Positions 1 through 7,944 are shown, counted from the first letter of the stretch. The stretch: 40,692 nt of DNA from a virus (IMGVR_UViG_3300017777_003033:1-40692), one strand, 5' to 3'. Numbers and translations are program-made. Notes: generated by a model from the sequence alone, not told the origin.

Positions 1-56
1 ATCTTTCTGATGTCCTTATGTGTTAATCTCTCTAAGTTCGTGTTCGTTCTAATCAT
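1..56 (-). CDS. partial hypothetical protein (N-terminus MIRTNTNLERLTHKDIRK, runs off the left edge)
   Basis: ATG at 56 on the minus strand, 4 nt downstream of a TATATTTG box (61-68); frame open to the window edge. Confidence 0.55.
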   Translation of the reverse strand, partial: MIRTNTNLERLTHKDIRK

Positions 57-60
57 ACCA

Positions 61-68
61 CAAATATA
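61..68 (-). promoter_or_regulatory. Bacteroidota-type -7 promoter box TAnnTTTG
   Basis: CAAATATA on + equals TATATTTG on -; matches the Bacteroidota housekeeping sigma -7 consensus. Confidence 0.6.
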
Positions 69-103
69 CGGCGAGTTATTTAAATGGCCCCTGACAATTT
101 GTC

Positions 104-144
104 TGTTAATAAGATGTGGATAACCGGGAGGGGGGTGTTGATAA
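104..144. promoter_or_regulatory. cluster of three DnaA-box-like 9-mers
   Basis: TGTTAATAA 104-112, TGTGGATAA 115-123 (exact reverse complement of TTATCCACA), TGTTGATAA 136-144; all in the same orientation. Confidence 0.5.
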
Positions 145-491
145 CTTTATATGACAATATGTCCCCTCCTCCCCCTTTGGTATGGGGTATAGGCCCCCCT
201 ACCCCCTGGTATCCCCCCTTATATATGTCATTTTGTCAGATATGGGGGGATAATCCCCTATATAACGGGAAATAAAATTTTGGGAAAAAAATGGTCTATT
301 TTTCCCCCTCCCTTATTATAGTCCCGAAGGCGTGGGAGTAATTCGTTTATAGTAAACAGGTTATTGTAAACAAAATATCCCTTCAACGAATCTTCCAAAA
401 CACGACCCCCATTTCTGAAATGACCCTATATGGTGAAAAAAAATTTTTGGAAAAATTTTCAGAAAATAAGACCTATTAAAAATATTTTCTG

Positions 492-499
492 TATCTTTG
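492..499 (+). promoter_or_regulatory. Bacteroidota-type -7 promoter box (TATCTTTG)
   Basis: TAnnTTTG about 22 nt upstream of the GIY-YIG ATG. Confidence 0.6.
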
Positions 500-521
500 T
501 TTTATTATAAAAAATGATATT

Positions 522-887
522 ATGCTCGGTAAAGAAATAAAATATACAATTGATAATTTTTCAGGAATATTGGAGGTCAATTGGGATAACTTACCAATTC
601 ATAAGCAGATTGGGGTTTATTTTCTATATGGTGAGAATAAAGAAATATTATATATTGGTAAATCCGTATCTTCTATAAGACAAAGATTGAATAGACATTT
701 ATTTGTTGAAGTGCCAAATCCATATGATGACTTGGATAATAAAGTTACTCTTGATAGAAGAAAAAAGATAAAGTATTTTTCTTATGTGGATGTCCCGAAA
801 AACTATGTCGATATGGTTGAAAGATATTTGATATTTGAACATCAATGTGAATACAATATCCAATTTAAATATGATATGGTTAAATAG
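522..887 (+). CDS. GIY-YIG nuclease family protein (UvrC N-terminal-like, stand-alone)
   Basis: GVYFLY...ILYIGKS..IRQRL..H and the later E..LI....YN motif. Confidence 0.85.
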   Translation: MLGKEIKYTIDNFSGILEVNWDNLPIHKQIGVYFLYGENKEILYIGKSVSSIRQRLNRHLFVEVPNPYDDLDNKVTLDRRKKIKYFSYVDVPKNYVDMVERYLIFEHQCEYNIQFKYDMVK

Positions 888-912
888 TATTGAATCTCCC
901 CCCGCTTTGAAT

Positions 913-983
913 GGTTGGGGTTATTCGTATACTGATGTTCGTCCGGACTCACTTCGTTCGATGGAAACCCCAGCCCCTTTTTT
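913..983 (+). repeat. structured intergenic repeat, copy 1 (core TATTCGTAT...CTCACTTCGTTCG)
   Basis: Closed by GGTTGGGGTT (913-922) / AACCCCAGCC (966-975) and followed by a T-tract; core repeated at 1596, 2150 and 9964. Confidence 0.85.
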
Positions 984-995
984 CATAATCCAATG

Positions 996-1003
996 TATTT
1001 ATA
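996..1003 (+). promoter_or_regulatory. TATTTAT(A/T) motif, putative phage late promoter (representative copy)
   Basis: Same motif a short distance before the ATG of about 20 genes, e.g. 1642, 2199, 3017, 5346, 6870, 7173, 8787, 9234. Confidence 0.6.
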
Positions 1004-1017
1004 TATAAAATTGAAAT

Positions 1018-1521
1018 ATGAAAAGATTTATAATTTCTGAAGAAGAGAAAAAACATATAATGGGATTATATGAAAAGGTTGGGGAAAAGTTAACTCCTGA
1101 AGGATTACAATCACTTAAAGGTCAAGATACTAAAAAAACGGCATCATTTTTAAATTCATACTATAAAATTAAATTGAATGCAGCAACAACGGGTAGTTGG
1201 ACCGATAAGGATTATAATGACACATTCAAAAGATTCATGGAGGAAAAGGGTATTACTGTATGGATATGTAAGAAGGGGGATGGGTATTGTTCTGAAGATG
1301 GTGCTGATGAAGGTGAGGTTACAACAAAAGAGTTAGACAAACTTAAACAAGCAATGACCCCCCAATCTAATCAACAAGAAAAAATAAATACAACTAATGA
1401 TAAGACATATGACTATAAACTTTCTAATGGAAAATATTATTATAGTTTAAAAGGTCAGAACAAATGGGTTGAAGCTAAAGGTAGTGGATTAAATGCCATT
1501 AAGACAAAAGTTAAATTCTAA
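1018..1521 (+). CDS. hypothetical phage protein with MKRFIISEEE leader
   Basis: 167-aa ORF, TATTTATA upstream, terminator downstream. Confidence 0.8.
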   Translation: MKRFIISEEEKKHIMGLYEKVGEKLTPEGLQSLKGQDTKKTASFLNSYYKIKLNAATTGSWTDKDYNDTFKRFMEEKGITVWICKKGDGYCSEDGADEGEVTTKELDKLKQAMTPQSNQQEKINTTNDKTYDYKLSNGKYYYSLKGQNKWVEAKGSGLNAIKTKVKF

Positions 1522-1532
1522 AATGTATATAT

Positions 1533-1560
1533 AACCCCTCCATTATCGAGGGGTTTTTTT
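1533..1560 (+). terminator. intrinsic terminator, repeated family CCCCTC-N7/8-GAGGGG-T(n)
   Basis: AACCCCTC/GAGGGGTT stem followed by a T-run; near-identical copies at about 1997, 2957, 3901, 5285, 7066 and 7920. Confidence 0.85.
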
Positions 1561-1565
1561 ATGTT

Positions 1566-1630
1566 GTTATTCGTATACCGCTGTTCGTCCGGATACTCAC
1601 TTCGTTCGATGGAATCCCAGCCCTTTTTTT
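1566..1630 (+). repeat. structured intergenic repeat, copy 2
   Basis: GTTATTCGTATACC...GTTCGTCCGGATACTCACTTCGTTCGATGGAATCCCAGCCC-T7. Confidence 0.85.
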
Positions 1631-1653
1631 GAATCCCATAGTATTTATTGAAT

Positions 1654-1992
1654 ATGAATCTACAAGATACCATAAGAAAAGTCCTTAAAGAAGAAATTAA
1701 ATCATCTCTCAAACTTAGACGAGTGTTAAGTATGTTGGATTATGAGGTTGAATATAGATTAAGTACAATTTATAGACCAGATAACATATGTAGATATGAA
1801 AGTGGTGAAGAGTTATTGGATGTGGTAGGTGAGGCAGCAATTGAATCAATGTATTATAACTATTTTGGTAATATGGACGATAATTCAAAAGAATGGGAAA
1901 GAACATATTATGATATGGTCCATTATATTGATATGAAATATGGTGAAAGAATAAAAGATTATTATAATAACAATTGCGAAAATAAAGTTTAA
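1654..1992 (+). CDS. hypothetical protein, acidic about 90-aa paralog family (LRR...IKDYY..C), with MNLQDTIRKVLKEE leader
   Basis: ATG at 1654 directly after TATTTATTGAAT; pattern shared with 5358, 5653, 7967 and 9245. Confidence 0.8.
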   Translation: MNLQDTIRKVLKEEIKSSLKLRRVLSMLDYEVEYRLSTIYRPDNICRYESGEELLDVVGEAAIESMYYNYFGNMDDNSKEWERTYYDMVHYIDMKYGERIKDYYNNNCENKV

Positions 1993-1995
1993 TTT

Positions 1996-2022
1996 CCCCC
2001 TCCCTTTATCGAGGGGTTTTTT
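1996..2022 (+). terminator. intrinsic terminator (repeat family)
   Basis: CCCCTC-CCTTTATC-GAGGGG-T6. Confidence 0.85.
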
Positions 2023-2024
2023 AT

Positions 2025-2109
2025 TTAAGTACACCACCTCCTGATTTAAGAACACCACCTATGGGAAATAAGTGCACCACCTCCCGATTTAAGAACATGA
2101 CCCCCCTCT
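2025..2109. repeat. four degenerate 21-22 bp tandem repeats (TTAAG(T/A)(A/G)CACCACCTCC.GAT)
   Basis: Units start at 2025, 2046, 2068 and 2089; 2026-2054 and 2069-2097 match at 27 of 29 positions. Confidence 0.75.
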
Positions 2110-2120
2110 TTAATATATAA

Positions 2121-2186
2121 GGATATTCGTATCTATCTCCGGAACCGGACTCACTTCGTTCGATGGAAACCCCAACCCCTTTTTTT
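2121..2186 (+). repeat. structured intergenic repeat, copy 3
   Basis: GGATATTCGTATC...CCGGACTCACTTCGTTCGATGGAAACCCCAACCCC-T7. Confidence 0.85.
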
Positions 2187-2209
2187 GAAAACCCAACATA
2201 TTTATTGAT

Positions 2210-2944
2210 ATGAAATATATTATTACAGAATCTGATTTGGTTAGATTGGTTAAAAAAGTAATTAAGGAACAAAAAGACGACAATGGTTATATGGAACTTG
2301 TCTCAGGACAAACCTATGAGTTTTTTCCTGTGTTTCCTGAAGAGGATATATTAAGAATTAATGCTGACACCTTGAGCAGTGATTTATTCAAGATGAAAAT
2401 TTTGTCCTATACAAATAAAGTTCTTGAAGGAATGGTGGGTGAAACAAAAATGGTTTATAATGAGAAATTTTTTTCACCCAAAAGTAAGGCACCTCAAAGA
2501 TATTTTTGTGAAAAAAACAATCCCAAAAAATGTATCATCGATACTGATATGGGATATACAAAATTAGGAAAAAGAGATTTATCCAAAAAGGTTGGTGACG
2601 TTATGAATCCAGACAAAAGCCAGAGTTTGTTTTCTGAGGTGACAGATAATAATTTCGATTCTTTGGTTCTGAAATCAACGGTTCCATTTATTGTCGATTT
2701 TAGTGCCGTATGGTGTGGGCCTTGTAGAATGGCGGCAAAGACCTTAACTGAAATCAAACGTGAATACGGTGATAAATTTGAGATGGGTAAATTGGATATT
2801 GATGTTGAAAAGAAAACAAGAGATAAATATAAAATAAGTAGTATCCCTGTTATTATGATTTTTAAAAACGGGAAAATGGTTAAAAAAATTGAAGGTAGCA
2901 AACCGATAGAAGAATATAAAAGAGAAATTGATAGTATTCTATAA
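2210..2944 (+). CDS. thioredoxin domain protein with N-terminal leader and an unknown domain
   Basis: C-terminal VDFSAVWCGPCR...KLDID...SIPVIMIFKNG thioredoxin fold; N-terminal MKYIITESDLVRLVKKVIKE. Confidence 0.9.
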   Translation: MKYIITESDLVRLVKKVIKEQKDDNGYMELVSGQTYEFFPVFPEEDILRINADTLSSDLFKMKILSYTNKVLEGMVGETKMVYNEKFFSPKSKAPQRYFCEKNNPKKCIIDTDMGYTKLGKRDLSKKVGDVMNPDKSQSLFSEVTDNNFDSLVLKSTVPFIVDFSAVWCGPCRMAAKTLTEIKREYGDKFEMGKLDIDVEKKTRDKYKISSIPVIMIFKNGKMVKKIEGSKPIEEYKREIDSIL

Positions 2945-2956
2945 TTGAATTCCCCC

Positions 2957-2982
2957 CCCCTCCTTTATCGAGGGGTTTTTTT
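2957..2982 (+). terminator. intrinsic terminator (repeat family)
   Basis: CCCCTC-CTTTATC-GAGGGG-T7. Confidence 0.85.
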
Positions 2983-3028
2983 ATGCCGGAACCCATCTTC
3001 TTTATCAAATCTGTAGTATTTATTGAAT

Positions 3029-3895
3029 ATGAAGATAATAATTAACGAGAGCCAGTTAAAGAGAGTTATATTAGAAGATAAAAAACTAACAACTCAAGAA
3101 TTTATCAATAAGGCCAAAAATATACACGGAGATAGGTATAATTACGATAAGGTTGATTATAAAAGTTCCAAACTTCCCATTACAATAACTTGCCCAATAC
3201 ACGGAGATTTTCTTCAAAAACCTAGTGACCATTTAAATAATAGAGGTTGTCCTAAATGTGGTCGAACCCAAAAATCAACAACCCAAGAATTTATTAATAA
3301 AGCTGAGAAAGTTCATGATGATAAGTTTAATTACGATAAGGTTGATTATAAAAATAATCAAACCCCCGTTATAATAACCTGTCCAATACATGGTGATTTT
3401 CCTCAAAGACCTAATGACCATCTAAAAGGTAAAGGTTGTCCTAAATGTTCTGAATCAAAAGGGGAAAAATCAATAAATGAAGTATTAAAAAAATATAATA
3501 TTAATTATATACCAAATAATAGATTTAAAGATTGTACTGGTCTTCCCAATAAAAAAGGGTTTTGTTATGAGTTAAAATATGATTTTTTTATACCAGATAA
3601 AAACATTATTATTGAATTTGATGGAGAACAACATTTTAAACCGATAAGCTCAATGAGAGGAGAATCCGGATTTGACAAGAATCAAAAATATGACAAAATA
3701 AAAAATGACTATTGTGAAAAAAATGGAATTAAGTTAATAAGAATACCCTGGTCTATAAATCATCCAAAACATGAATATAATCAGAAATATTATGATGATT
3801 TTGTATCATATGTAAAAAATAACAATAAAACTTATAGTTCAAATTCAAGACAACATATTGAACCATACCTTAAACATATTTTAAATATTGAATAA
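3029..3895 (+). CDS. putative homing-type endonuclease: two zinc-binding repeats (DUF723-like) plus a PD-(D/E)xK/Vsr-like nuclease
   Basis: Two copies of FINKA..HGD.YNYDKVDYK...ITCPIHGDF.Q.P.DHL...GCPKC, then SKGEK.I and YDFFIPDKNIIIEFDGEQHF...LIRIP; MKIIINESQ leader. Confidence 0.8.
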   Translation: MKIIINESQLKRVILEDKKLTTQEFINKAKNIHGDRYNYDKVDYKSSKLPITITCPIHGDFLQKPSDHLNNRGCPKCGRTQKSTTQEFINKAEKVHDDKFNYDKVDYKNNQTPVIITCPIHGDFPQRPNDHLKGKGCPKCSESKGEKSINEVLKKYNINYIPNNRFKDCTGLPNKKGFCYELKYDFFIPDKNIIIEFDGEQHFKPISSMRGESGFDKNQKYDKIKNDYCEKNGIKLIRIPWSINHPKHEYNQKYYDDFVSYVKNNNKTYSSNSRQHIEPYLKHILNIE

Positions 3896-3900
3896 TATTG

Positions 3901-3927
3901 CCCCTCCATTATCGAGGGGTTTTTTTA
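3901..3927 (+). terminator. intrinsic terminator (repeat family)
   Basis: CCCCTC-CATTATC-GAGGGG-T7. Confidence 0.85.
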
Positions 3928-3990
3928 TGCCCGGAACCCAATCTCTTTTTCAATCCCACACTATTTATTGAATATGAAAATTATTATAAA

Positions 3991-4272
3991 ATGAAACAAG
4001 AAAACCCAGTTACAGGATTTGCGGACACATTTTTATCTAAACTTAAAGAACAATCTTTTACTATTATAGTGATGGTGGGTATTATTTGGTATCAAGGTAG
4101 ATTAATGGAAGAAAGAGTTGCCTATTGGCAAAAACTGTATGAAGAAAGTGAAACTCATACAGAACAAATCACAAAAGAAAATAGAGAAGATTTGTTGGAA
4201 AGAATAAAATATTTACAAGACCAAAGAGACAAATATGTAGAAGAATCATTAAACGAATTAAAAAATAAATAA
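3991..4272 (+). CDS. small membrane protein with one TM segment and a coiled coil
   Basis: Likely start MKQENPV at 3991 (the track's upstream extension runs through the terminator); hydrophobic FTIIVMVGIIW followed by a charged helix. Confidence 0.7.
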   Translation: MKQENPVTGFADTFLSKLKEQSFTIIVMVGIIWYQGRLMEERVAYWQKLYEESETHTEQITKENREDLLERIKYLQDQRDKYVEESLNELKNK

Positions 4273-4275
4273 ATT

Positions 4276-5229
4276 ATGAAAACAAACACAAATTTAGAAA
4301 ACAATCAAACAATTGAAAGTCACTCAGATGAAAATTATGGAGGGGCATCATTTGATAACACAATTACCGCATCTGCGGGTGTAGAAGTAGGAAATGAGAA
4401 TGCTTCCGCAAGTATTGAAGCATCTGTTAAAACTGGAACAGAAGCATCAGTTGAAGGAGGATTAGATGGTAACAATGTTTATGTAGAGGCAAATTATTCA
4501 GATACCACTGAAGCTCACATTAAAGTAGAAGCGGAAGCTGGCGCTGAAGGTTTTGGAGTTGGTGGTAGTGTGGATGCTTATGCTAAAACAGGAAATGAGG
4601 CTAGTCTTGAAGTAAGAGCCGGGGATGAAGGAGTAGTTGCTAATGGAAGTTTATCATCAGGTTCGGCAGTGGGTGTTGATGGAGAAGGAACATTAGATTT
4701 AAGAGAAGGTTCAGTTACCGCAGGAGCAGGTGTATCTGTTGGAGAACAAGTTGCTATTGGTGGTGGGGGTGAAGCCACTTTTACAGATGGTGTTGCAACA
4801 ATAGGTGTTAGTGGTGATGTGGCACTTTTACTTGGAGTTGAAGTTGATTTAAGTGTAAGCGTTGATACAAACCAAATAGCTGAAGACGCTAGATTGGCGG
4901 CTGAAGAAGCGGAGAAAGCATCCGCGGTAGCACAAGCATTAGCTGAATCAACTCAAAGAGAATTTGAGAGAGTAGAAAGAGAAACTAAAGAAGCTGCACA
5001 AAGAGAAACTGATAGACTTGCAAGAGAGGTTCAGGAAGAATTTGACAGACAAGCAAGAGCGGCTCAAGAAGAATTTGATAGACAAGCAAGAGCAGCTCAA
5101 GAAGAATTTGACAGACAAGCAAGAGCCGCTCAAGAAGAATTAGATAGACAAGCAAGAGCCGCTCAAGATGCATTAAATAATGCTGGTAAAGAAATAGACA
5201 GAGGATTTAAAAAAATGAAATTTTGGTAA
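4276..5229 (+). CDS. Gly/Ala/Val-rich acidic beta-repeat protein with a C-terminal 11-aa repeat coiled coil
   Basis: Alternating small/hydrophobic strands (ASAGVEVG, GSVTAGAGVSVG), then AAQEEFDRQAR repeated about 4 times. Confidence 0.75.
   Translation: MKTNTNLENNQTIESHSDENYGGASFDNTITASAGVEVGNENASASIEASVKTGTEASVEGGLDGNNVYVEANYSDTTEAHIKVEAEAGAEGFGVGGSVDAYAKTGNEASLEVRAGDEGVVANGSLSSGSAVGVDGEGTLDLREGSVTAGAGVSVGEQVAIGGGGEATFTDGVATIGVSGDVALLLGVEVDLSVSVDTNQIAEDARLAAEEAEKASAVAQALAESTQREFERVERETKEAAQRETDRLAREVQEEFDRQARAAQEEFDRQARAAQEEFDRQARAAQEELDRQARAAQDALNNAGKEIDRGFKKMKFW
5021..5168 (+). repeat. 33-bp coding tandem repeat (AAQEEFDRQAR)
   Basis: GCTCAAGAAGAATTTGA(C/T)AGACAAGCAAGAGC. repeated about 4.5 times. 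Confidence 0.9.
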
Positions 5230-5230
5230 T

Positions 5231-5278
5231 ATGAAAAAAGTTATAAGATTAACGGAATCCAATATATGGGATATCTAA
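5231..5278 (+). pseudogene. leader-only stub MKKVIRLTESNIWDI*
   Basis: The first 10 codons match the leader of 13295 and 10454; the ORF stops after 15 aa, just before a terminator. Confidence 0.55.
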
Positions 5279-5284
5279 AATATT

Positions 5285-5310
5285 AACCCCTCCATAGTGA
5301 GGGGTTTTTT
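5285..5310 (+). terminator. intrinsic terminator (repeat family)
   Basis: AACCCCTC-CATAGT-GAGGGGTT plus T-run. Confidence 0.85.
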
Positions 5311-5357
5311 ATGCCCTGAACCCAACCCCTTTATCAAATCCGTAGTATTTATTGAAT

Positions 5358-5642
5358 ATGAAATATATTATAACTGAAAACCAATATAGATTACTCAGAA
5401 GAGATTCTGATATTAAACATAGAATTGATAATCAACTAATGATTGCCAAACTTCAAAATGATTTATATTATATATCTTTAGAGGGCCTAATTTTAAACAT
5501 CTCCGATAATGTTGCGGTTGAGATGGCCAACGAATCTAATTTGGATGGTGACAAGTATATTATATTCAGAAATCAAATAAAACAATATATTCGTAGCGCA
5601 TTTTACGAACACATCAAAGAATATTGGGAATCAAATAAATAA
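5358..5642 (+). CDS. hypothetical protein, MKYIITENQ leader, paralog family
   Basis: ATG after GTATTTATTGAAT. Confidence 0.8.
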   Translation: MKYIITENQYRLLRRDSDIKHRIDNQLMIAKLQNDLYYISLEGLILNISDNVAVEMANESNLDGDKYIIFRNQIKQYIRSAFYEHIKEYWESNK

Positions 5643-5652
5643 TTTATTGAAT

Positions 5653-5925
5653 ATGAAATATATTATAACTGAAGAGCAGAACATATCATTAAGGAGAAGG
5701 TTGTCACAACTAAATAATTTATTTAATGTTGTGTTGAATGGTATGAACCCTTGTGATTATTCAAACGAATCTCATTTTTTTGATGGTGTAATTTATGATT
5801 TGGAAACTTATTTAAGTGTAATGAACATTAACGAACTCCAACCTGATGAGATTATCGATTATGTTAAAGAATATATGAAAGATGATATATTCCGATATTA
5901 TATCGATTCCCAAGAAGATTGTTAA
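5653..5925 (+). CDS. hypothetical protein, MKYIITEEQ leader, paralog family
   Basis: ATG after ATTTATTGAAT; LRRRL...PCDY...IFRYY...C. Confidence 0.8.
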   Translation: MKYIITEEQNISLRRRLSQLNNLFNVVLNGMNPCDYSNESHFFDGVIYDLETYLSVMNINELQPDEIIDYVKEYMKDDIFRYYIDSQEDC

Positions 5926-5975
5926 CACCCATTTAAAAAAAAATATCTTATATTTGCATTATAAAATTATAAAAT

Positions 5976-6530
5976 ATGAATTACACATTGAATGTTTATG
6001 GTTGGTCCGCGGAATTTATTGGAAAAACCATCACCAAAGAACAAACAAAACAAATTGAAGACCTTATGGTTGAAAGTGAAACCGAAGATGTGACGGATGT
6101 TCGTTATGATGTTGAGGAAGTTATCGTTATGGATATTTACGATGGAGATTTGTTAAGCATCAACAAACCATTCAAAAATGAAAATCTATTTTTTGAAGTA
6201 TTAAATGAAAATGGTCAAATGATTTTAACATTTAATATTGAGGATATTGAGAATGTTTATGGTGACAATTCGTATGGAGCATTCCCGACCGAAGAGAATG
6301 ATGTTTGGTTTAGCGTTGACGAATATAAAGGTGGAATATGTTCGTATGAATTTGAATCTGAAGAAGTTCCAACAATTCAAGACTTCAAATATACTTTATC
6401 CGATGTTGAGACGCCAGATGACTATTGGGAAATTATGGATGAGATAATGTTCAAAGGTGGAATTTTGGAATGTAATGAACTATTGGATAATAACGGAAAG
6501 TATTCTAAAGTTGAGATTTATAAAAATTAA
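5976..6530 (+). CDS. very acidic hypothetical protein
   Basis: 184-aa ORF behind TATATTTG (5949-5956). Confidence 0.75.
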   Translation: MNYTLNVYGWSAEFIGKTITKEQTKQIEDLMVESETEDVTDVRYDVEEVIVMDIYDGDLLSINKPFKNENLFFEVLNENGQMILTFNIEDIENVYGDNSYGAFPTEENDVWFSVDEYKGGICSYEFESEEVPTIQDFKYTLSDVETPDDYWEIMDEIMFKGGILECNELLDNNGKYSKVEIYKN

Positions 6531-6533
6531 TAT

Positions 6534-6851
6534 ATGAAAAAAGAAAGACGACTAATTGATAGTAATATAAAAAGTATGGATTTGATGAGATTCAAATCTG
6601 AAGGACTTACACCATATTATTTCAACCGAGAGGAGGGAAAAAACTTTGGTTTGATTGAATTTACCAAACCATTAACCGGAAATGATTATAATAATAGACC
6701 TCGTGAAGTATTTCTATTAACTCCTGATGAGTATGATAAGGTTAATAAACTTGTTGAGAATATTCGTGAGATGATTGAACTTCACAAAAAGAAAATCTCT
6801 TTGTTTAAAGATATGGTTCCCGCAATTATGGGTGAATTAACCAGTAGGTAG
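6534..6851 (+). CDS. hypothetical protein
   Basis: 105-aa ORF 3 nt after the previous stop. Confidence 0.7.
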   Translation: MKKERRLIDSNIKSMDLMRFKSEGLTPYYFNREEGKNFGLIEFTKPLTGNDYNNRPREVFLLTPDEYDKVNKLVENIREMIELHKKKISLFKDMVPAIMGELTSR

Positions 6852-6894
6852 TTTTTATCATTATTGAGATATTTATTATTATTAAAATATTATT

Positions 6895-7059
6895 ATGAAA
6901 CACATTTTAAACAACTTGACGGAAGAAGAAAAAAATTCAATCCGAGAACAACATACAGGAGGAATGAAGGTTATGACCGAAAATTTCTCAAAATTATTGA
7001 ATTCTAAACTTGGTGACTCGAAACCATTGGTTAAGGAAGAAGAAAACAAAAAGAAATAA
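6895..7059 (+). CDS. 54-aa protein MKHILNNLTEEEKNSIREQH... (leader-like), missing from the ORF track
   Basis: Translated by hand; TATTTAT at 6870 upstream, terminator immediately downstream. Confidence 0.7.
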   Translation: MKHILNNLTEEEKNSIREQHTGGMKVMTENFSKLLNSKLGDSKPLVKEEENKKK

Positions 7060-7065
7060 GTGAAT

Positions 7066-7089
7066 CCCCTCCAATGTGAGGGGTTTTTT
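7066..7089 (+). terminator. intrinsic terminator (repeat family)
   Basis: CCCCTC-CAATGT-GAGGGG-T6. Confidence 0.85.
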
Positions 7090-7194
7090 AATATCACCCA
7101 TTTTTAGAAACTTGACTTTGGCAATATATTGATTATATTTTATGTGAATATTAAATTTAATTAAACAATAGATATTTATAAAAAACAAAAAAAT

Positions 7195-7914
7195 ATGAAA
7201 AAAATATTATTATTAATTTTGGTTGCAACAACAACATTTATTAGTTGTGAAAAAGAACCACTTCAATTAGATACCATTGTAAATCTTCTGGCAGATGAAG
7301 AACCAACTGCTGTGGTTGATTCTATGAATTCTTACATTTTTGAAAACCCTTTAATTGATGATGTAACACCATCAACAGATGTTAAAATATTGGATTATCC
7401 TTTATTTTTGGACTATGACCCATTTACTATGATTGTTGCAAGAGGAAACGAAAAGATTGATTCTTGTGTTAAAACTTTTGAGGTAAGCAAATCTGAAAAA
7501 GAATTATTGCGTAAAGCTCATATTGCTAAATTAGAATGTCAAAAAACCAATAAAGAAATTATTGCTCGTATTCATAGAGAAATTGAATCTTGGTCTAAAT
7601 CACAAAAAGCGTTTCATTATAATAATTGGCAGATAGAAAAAGGTAAATTGGCGGATTCATTAAGAATGAGATTACTAACTGAATCTCAGTATAAAGAAAA
7701 AATGTCTTTTTTGGAAAAATCTTGGATTAATAAGATGATTCATTTAAATGGACAAGTTAAAGAAAAAATTAAACTACACATAGAGAGAAAAGATGTTTGT
7801 GGTAAAATAAAAGATTGTGAGAAAATATATCTCAATAAAGTTTTGGAAATTTTAGGTAGAAAGAGATATAAAAAATGGATTGAATGTCATAAATACAACT
7901 ATAAGAAAAAATAA
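7195..7914 (+). CDS. putative lipoprotein
   Basis: MKKILLLILVATTTFISC-EKE lipobox of Bacteroidota type. Confidence 0.75.
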   Translation: MKKILLLILVATTTFISCEKEPLQLDTIVNLLADEEPTAVVDSMNSYIFENPLIDDVTPSTDVKILDYPLFLDYDPFTMIVARGNEKIDSCVKTFEVSKSEKELLRKAHIAKLECQKTNKEIIARIHREIESWSKSQKAFHYNNWQIEKGKLADSLRMRLLTESQYKEKMSFLEKSWINKMIHLNGQVKEKIKLHIERKDVCGKIKDCEKIYLNKVLEILGRKRYKKWIECHKYNYKKK

Positions 7915-7944
7915 AAAAATCCCCTCCAATGTGAGGGGATTTTT
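7915..7944 (+). terminator. intrinsic terminator (repeat family)
   Basis: AAAAATCCCCTC-CAATGT-GAGGGGATTTTT. Confidence 0.8.

Noticed and set aside
84-275. 63-aa Pro/Gly-rich ORF from the track
   Set aside because: It arises from C/G homopolymer runs, has no promoter or coding-like composition, and overlaps the DnaA-box cluster
913-975. Hammerhead ribozyme reading of repeat copy 1 (CUGAUG...GAAAC with a closing stem)
   Set aside because: The core is CUGAUGU rather than CUGAnGA, and the other three copies lack CUGA altogether
913-2186. CRISPR array interpretation of the repeats
   Set aside because: Copies are separated by whole genes, the tandem units at 2025-2109 have no unique spacers, and no cas genes are present
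3085-3450. DGR template/variable repeat pair in the nuclease gene
   Set aside because: It is an in-frame duplication of a zinc-binding domain, differences are not confined to adenines, and no reverse transcriptase is present
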